NCBI RefSeq assembly: GCF_001194135.2 | Contig: NC_068996.1 | Span: 25,778,445 to 25,822,905 of the forward strand | Length of the DNA stretch: 44,461 nucleotides | DNA from: Octopus bimaculoides | Lineage: Eukaryota | Reading direction: 5' to 3' | In this document: positions 37,744 through 44,461 of the stretch, piece after piece | Numbering within the stretch: position 1 is the first letter of the stretch | How the letters are laid out: every line of letters starts with the position of its first letter | Program-made: the position numbers and the translations under genes | Notes under the pieces: model-generated | What the model was told of the DNA's origin: nothing | Seen by the model: only the letters and a program-made list of their open reading frames with translations | Database searches by the model: none

Positions 37744-37952
37744 GGATGGATGGATGGATGGATGGATGGACGGACGGACGGACGGACGGACGGATGGACA
37801 GACGGACGGACGGACAGACGGACGGATGGACAAATGGATAGCTGGACAGACAGACAGATGGATCAACTGATAGACTGATGGGTAGATAAACAGATAGATA
37901 GCTGAACAAATAAAGGCATAAAAATATCACAAATGTTTGTTGCTTTTCTCCT

Positions 37953-37999
<47 letters not shown>

Positions 38000-38432
38000 C
38001 ATATGTTGAGAGTTCATATTCCATTGCTTAGGAATTTTGTGATATGAAGTACAACAGTTCAATTAACTAGGTATTTTCTTTCAATATATCTAAATGTCAC
38101 AAACCAAGACTCCTGGGAAAGACAACCCCAGAAATGTCATGTTATATCCAGAGGTAAGATTTCTGTCACATTATCTATTAACGTAACAGACATAAGACTT
38201 AAAAACATCACTTCTAAGCAGCTCTGTGATTTAATAAACGATAAAATGATTAACTGATTTTCTGCACTGATATATCAGTTCCATACTAGAATTTTTCTTT
38301 TTATTATTTTGCACTGAAAAATCTCTGACCAGCTGTTTCCCTTTGTTCAACAAAATATGTGCATATGTAACTGTTGTTGCTGTTGAATGTGTTTTCCAAT
38401 GCGCTACATTTTTAATAATAATGATGATATTA

Positions 38433-38463
<31 letters not shown>

Positions 38464-38579
38464 CAAATTTTGGTATAAGGCTAGCAGTTTCTGGGGAGAG
38501 GGTAAGTCAATTACATCGATCCTGGTACTTATTTTATTGACCTAAAAAAGACGAAAAGCAAAATCAACTTTGGCAGAAT

Positions 38580-38610
<31 letters not shown>

Positions 38611-38776
38611 GCTTATAGCATGCAGTGCTCTGGTGCTCTACAGCTTGTAGGATAGGGGTAAAAGAAGAGACAGGAAGCAGCAATAAGTCAAGTAAAGAAA
38701 GACAGGAATGATAGCCAAAAGTACATGCATGATACACAGAACAAAGCACAAAAAGATTTTAAAAGTGGACAGTATA

Positions 38777-39145
38777 GGCGCAGGAGTGGCTGTGTGGTAA
38801 GTAGCTTGCCTACCAACCACATGGTTCCGGGTTCATTCCCATTGCATGGCACCTTGGGCAAGTGTCTTCTACTATGGCCTCGGGCCGACCAAAACCTTGT
38901 GAGTGGATTTGGTAGACGGAAACTGAAAGAAGCCCATCATATATATGAATATATATATATGTGTATGTGTGTGTATATGTTTGTGCGTCTGCGTTTGTTT
39001 CCCCCCCACCCCCCAACATCGATCGCTTGACAACCGATGCTGGTGTGTTTACGTCCCCGTAACTTAGCGGTTTGGCAAAAGAGACCGATAGAATAAGTAC
39101 TAGGCTTCCAAAGAATAAGTCCTGGGGTCAATTTGCTTGACTAAA
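38777..39145 (+). mobile_element. Family A SINE, young copy
   Basis: GGCGCAGGAGTGGCTGTGTGGTAAG...GGTTCATTCCC...GGCACCTTGGGCAAGTGTC, with CpGs retained. Confidence 0.92.
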
Positions 39146-39576
39146 GTTCTATGCCTATTTCCTCTACCCATCTTTTCAAGTCTTTAGGGATAGTTCCTAA
39201 TGCACTGATAACTACAGAGATACATTTTACCTGCACTTTCCATAGTCTCTGTAATTCAATGGCTAGGTCAGGTACTTTTTTATTGTCTCAATTTCAAATA
39301 TGTGCTAATACTATCTTTATTATTGTAACCTTAAACTTCGTTCAAATTGTATTTTATAAAAAAAAAAAAAAGAAAGATTGTTTAAGTTGGTTTTTGTATA
39401 TAATATACCTGTTAGCTTATTTTATAATGGACGTAGGGTTGATTATGGAATGTTTATTATTTTGATATTTTAATAATATTTTTCTATCTTTATATAATAA
39501 GTATTTTATATACATTCATTTGTTATTTATTGTTGGTTGATATACACATTCATTTATTATTATTATTGTTGTATCT

Positions 39577-39681
39577 TGACCTGAAGATTAGCTATATTTT
39601 TGAATAGAAATGATTTTCAATAGTTTTAATTGATTAAAATTTCTTTCTATTTGAAAATTGGTTATGAAACACGTGTAGTCA
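39577..39681 (+). ncRNA. Type I hammerhead motif with extended stem II
   Basis: TGAC-CTGAAGA-[78-nt AT-rich hairpin]-GAAA-C-ACGT-G-TA-GTCA. Stem I is 4 bp, stem III has a palindromic ACGT tetraloop, the cleavage triplet is GUA, and there is a U.U mismatch at the base of stem II. Confidence 0.68.
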
Positions 39682-40024
39682 TTTTATTATCTTGATGTTA
39701 TGATATTTACTTTGTATTATATTATACTTATTTATTGTGCTTTTAATTATTAATTTTTCTATATGTGACAGTGGATTTTCATCGATGAGTTCATGAACCT
39801 TGGTTCTTTTCCCTAAAACTATATATTTATATATATTTTATACTGTGAAACTTAATTTAATTTTAATTTTTAATAAATTGATTTTAATTGAGTTTTTACC
39901 TGTAATTTTGGATTTTATCCCTAATATTATTATTATTATTATNNNNNNNNNNNNNNNNNNNNNNNNNNNNNNNNNNNNNNNNNNNNNNNNNNNNNNNNNN
40001 NNNNNNNNNNNNNNNNNNNNNNNN

Positions 40025-40067
<43 letters not shown>

Positions 40068-40074
40068 GTATTAT

Positions 40075-41508
40075 ATCATCATCATCATCATCATCATTTA
40101 ACGTCTGCTTTCCATGTTGGCATGGGTTTGACGGTTTGACTGAGGGCTGGGAAGCCAGAGGGCAGCACCAGATTCCAATCCGATCTAGCAATGTTGCTAC
40201 AGCTGGATGCCCTTCCTAACACCAACCCCTCCAAGAGTTAGTGGGTGCTTTTTACATGTCACTGGCATGTGGGCCAGTCATGTGGTACTGGTATTGGCCA
40301 CGCTTGAATGGTGCTTTTTATGTGCCACCAGCACAGGAGCCAGTCAAGCGCCACTGGCGACAACCATGCTCAAATGGTGCTTTTTACGTGCCACTAGCAT
40401 GGGACCAGTCAGCCAGCATTGGCATCAACCACACTCGAATGGTGCTTTTTACATGCCACCGGCATGGGAGCCAGTCAGGCAGCACTGGCAATGATCAAGC
40501 TAGAATGGTGCTTCTTATGTGCCACTGGCACGGGACCAGTCAGGCAGCACTGGCATCAACCATGCTTGAATGGTGCTTTTCACGTGCCACCAGCACAGGT
40601 GCCAATTAGGTAGTACTGTCATCGGCCATGACAATGACTTCACTTGACTCAACAAGTCTTCGCAAGCACAGTTTATTGCCCAATGATTAAAGGTACTCTT
40701 AAATGGGCTGGTTATGCTGCACTGGCATAGGCCACAGTTTTTACAGCCTCACTTGGCGTACTGGGTCTGCTCAAGCACAGCATATCTGCAAAGGTCTCGG
40801 TCATTTGTCTTCACCTCTGTGAGGCCCAACGTTCGAAGGTTGTTCTTCACCACCTCATCCCAGGTCTTCCTGGGTCTATCTCTTCCACAGGTTTCCTCTA
40901 CTGCTACGGTATGACACTTTTTCCCACAGCTTATGTTCAACTTTTTTCTCAGGGTGCTTACACTCTGTTATGTATGCACACTGACATTACACATCCAGCA
41001 GAGCATACTAGCTTCATTCCTCAGCAGTCATAGCCCACGTTTCACTGCCAAGTAGCATGGCTGTTCGCACACATGCATCATATAGTCAACCTTTTACTCT
41101 GAGCAAGAGGCCTTTTGTCACCAGCAGATGTAGCGGCTCTCTGAACTTTGCCCAGGTTATTCTTATTCTAGCAGCTACACTCTCATCTACACCTAGGTAA
41201 TGGAAGCTATCAACTACTTCTAGTTTTCTTCCCCTGGAATATTATGGAAGCTGTTTTCTACACATTTTCGGTGTTTATTGCCTCTGAGCATTTTCCACAC
41301 ACAAAAACTATCTTCCCAGTTGGCCTTCCTTTGATATTGTTGCACCTCTTATGTGTCCATAGCTTACACAGGGTACATCTTATGGCGTTTCTACCTATGT
41401 CTTTTCTATAGATCGAGCAGGGCCATCTACCTGAAGGGATTTATGGTTTGCCTTCCTACTTATTAAGACTTTGGTTTTTGCTAGATTGACTCTAAGGCCC
41501 TTCAATTC
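40075..41508 (-). mobile_element. 5'-truncated RTE LINE: end of RT with PHD-like insert, C-terminus, 3' UTR and (GAT)n tail
   Basis: GLRVNLAKTKVL, LEVVDSFHYLG, LYDACVRTAMLLGSETW and GRDRPRKTWDEVV. Stop near 40749; (ATC)n at 40075-40097; (AT)n at both ends. Confidence 0.93.
40244..40635. repeat. Minisatellite, six 65-66 bp units in the RTE 3' UTR
   Basis: GGTGCTT unit starts at 40244, 40310, 40376, 40441, 40507 and 40572. Confidence 0.92.
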
Positions 41509-42962
41509 ATATATATATATATAAGCAAAACAGATATCTGAAAAATTTGTTAAGCAGATTATATATACATAAACAAAACAGGAATCTGGAAAATTTGTTG
41601 GTATTATTTACTCAGCATTACACATGTTTCATTTGTTAATAGGAGTCACAAAACTGTACATGTTGGATAAACATGACATGTAAGAAATTTCCCATTAGAA
41701 ATTCTTCAGAGAAAGAGAATTAAATAATTCTAATTGGAAATTTCTTACATACACACACACATGAATTCATACACTTGTATATCAATTCACAGATGCACTG
41801 ATACTCACTTACATACACAATCATTACATTCACACATATGCACTCACAACTTTGACTGTTTTTATTCTCTTCTGACTAGTTGCAGTCCTTACAGAAAACC
41901 ATTTTATTCAAATATATAAATATGCTTCTACACAGACAAAAAGATATACTGTTTATCTCTCTCATACACACACACACAATCCATATCAACATGGAAAACT
42001 ACATGTTAAAAGAAGAACAGTGATGATGTTGATGATGATAATGATGAAGATGAAGATGGTGGTGTAGGTGGTGATAGTGTTGCTGATTTGACAACCACAA
42101 TGGTGATGATGATGATCTTAGTGATAACGATAATGGTGATGAGGATGATGATGATAATTATAGTGGTAGTGACAGTGGTGCGAGCCACTGCTAAGAAATC
42201 TCAAATATGCCATTCTCTTCTTTCATTTTATTTATCCTAAAGTTCCAAATTATTCCCCCCCCCCCCACTTAACACACCGATAACTGTAATTTTTATAAAG
42301 GAAAGGAATTTAGTCCTGCTGCTCATTAATTTTATACTAAAAATAATTAGGTCATTTAAATTGTTTCCATGTCTCTTCCTTCATTCAAACACCTCTACAA
42401 CTACATATACATGGAAAGAAAAATAGAAAATAAATATATAAGTATTGCTCTTTCTATATATGCCATTGTGTATATTATGTATGTATACACACACACACAT
42501 ACACCCTGCAATAAAATTCTCCATATTTTTAATTTGGCAATGAGACATACTCCTCTCCTCTTTCTCATACATAATACATATTATCTCTCTTTTTAGCTTC
42601 ATTCCAGTTACTCTAACCTACTCTTCTATAATGTGAAAAGCCATGTAGCACCTCAACAACAAGGAGTCTCTTTTGTTCTGGCTTCATCTCCTATAATAAT
42701 GCTGTTTTCCTCTCTATTGCAGACCTCCTCTCAACAAGAGGGAACACTAGTCTTTCTAGATACATGACAACCTCACTAGTGCTGGTGCCATGAAAAATGT
42801 ACCTTGTACATGCTGTAAATTGGCTGACATAAGGAAAAGTATCTATTCATAGAAACCATGCTAAAGTAGACACTGGAGAACAATACAAGACTTGGAACCC
42901 TTGAATTCTGTCAAACTATCCATGTATGTTCATAGATGATTGATAAATGTGTGTGCTTGTGT

Positions 42963-43049
<87 letters not shown>

Positions 43050-43865
43050 AAAGAGAGAGAGTGTGTATGTTAATTTAAGATTACTATTTTAAAACATGTT
43101 TAATGGTAACAATAGAACATTTGCTAATAGGAAGACTCAATAATGGAAGTTCAATCAGAATTTGAAGTTTGTCAGAATGAATTTTATAATTTTCATTTGC
43201 TCTTTACTTCTATTTTTTCACGCTAGAGTAGCTTAGTTTAATATATTATTAAAGAACAGTTTTACAGCCAGATACTTTTCCTGTCACATATAATATGTAT
43301 ATATAAAATAAATAATGTAATTCACCAGAATATGCAACCAATAAGGGCAGCAAATAAACATTGGATAGATCCAGCCTCCATCTTCAGGGTGGAGAGATAA
43401 AAATCTGATATTTCAGATCATGATGCAGGGGATATGGTTGCATATTCTGGGGAACTACATCTGCCAACATTATGAAGTAACTCTGAGCCCCCAGAAACAC
43501 CTGTCAGACTTGTAACACAATACCTTCTTCCCTTTAATTTTCTGTGTCTTTTGTACTCTAAGTTCACTCTGTTAATATATAAATATCTATATATTTATAC
43601 TAGAATATTTATTGTCTGAAAATTTTCAATCTTTACTTTCTCTCTATTTACATGTATACATGTATGTATATTTTGTATGTCAAACTCAAGCAGTTTTATT
43701 TGTTCATTTGCATCATTATTTTCATATCTGCTTACCTGGATTCCTCTTATTCTTCCTTCTTTACACATTGAATTGTTTCTCAGTAAAAGTTCTGGAGTGT
43801 AAGTTCAAATCATTTGTGCACTGCAAAGTGTTTTCTATATTGAGAATCTTTGGATTTCATCTGTT

Positions 43866-43915
<50 letters not shown>

Positions 43916-44360
43916 GTGTATAAGGGATGACCACTAAGTGGACATCCAATATGCTAGAAAGAGGTCATCAACGACCCAACCACAAAGAAAAATAATGTTC
44001 TCCAGAAAAAAATTCAGCAAACACCAGAGCATAGGGGGGCAGGACGAAATGAAAAATATACAAAATAAAGAATTAATTGTGTACCGATTTCGCCATCAAC
44101 TTTTTTACTTATGTAAAAACGTCCGTGGTCCATCAGCACAATCGTTCTAAAATCAGTATAATTTGCAGAACTATACACAAATTATCTTTGTAAAATTTGA
44201 CGTGCATACAGTTCTACCAATTACATTGGGGTTATTTCCAAATGTCTCAGCTCTGGCGCGCTAAATTCCGGAAACAGTTCTGCAGAGGATAATTCACTGC
44301 AGTATATGTTGCCGGCTAGAGAACATAAATATTTAAATTTATATTTATGTGCTGAGGGTA

Positions 44361-44392
<32 letters not shown>

Positions 44393-44394
44393 CA

Positions 44395-44461
44395 TCATCA
44401 TCATCATCGTTTAACGTCCGCTTTCCATGCTAGCATGGGTTGGACGATTTGACTGAGGACT
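44395..44461 (-). mobile_element. Family C element 3' end (continues past the window)
   Basis: (AT)n-(ATC)n-GTTTAACGTCCGCTTTCCATGCTAGCATGGGTTGGACG. Confidence 0.9.

Noticed and set aside
40244-40635. CRISPR-like array
   Set aside because: The whole units are homologous with no unique spacers, the context is eukaryotic, and the array lies in a LINE 3' UTR.
1103-41712. Other CTGANGA hits (about 1104, 4143, 6383, 15812, 19880, 24645, 31976, 36592, 41703)
   Set aside because: None has a correctly placed GAAA with pairing stems I-III.
1261-44150. Most ORFs in the supplied track (poly-YI, HT, CV, N, L, S, V peptides)
   Set aside because: They are translations of microsatellites and N gaps, not genes.
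2305-44461. Roughly 21-kb periodic spacing of three young family C copies (2305, 23405, 44395)
   Set aside because: The flanks are unrelated and other copies fall off-period, so this is coincidence.

Overview
AT-rich eukaryotic scaffold with long microsatellites, assembly gaps and dense retroposon debris. The SINE/LINE content suggests a cephalopod, probably Octopus (inference). I found no intact host gene that I can recognise, and most listed ORFs are translated microsatellites. Recognisable content: RTE-clade LINE pieces (an open endonuclease fragment; a 3' half with a PHD-like finger inside the RT), R4/Dong-type RLE fragments, a Copia pol relic, a decayed Tx1/L1-like element, a DD37E (TRT) Tc1 element, a deleted DD37D (maT) element and several SINE families. 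The most notable signal is a set of Penelope-type hammerhead ribozyme motifs. One lies inside a tRNA-headed, (AAT)n-tailed SINE-like element (5101-5147, minus), one has a very long stem II (39577-39681), and one has scrambled strand order (16454-16513). All translations and folds were done by eye; none was computed or searched.
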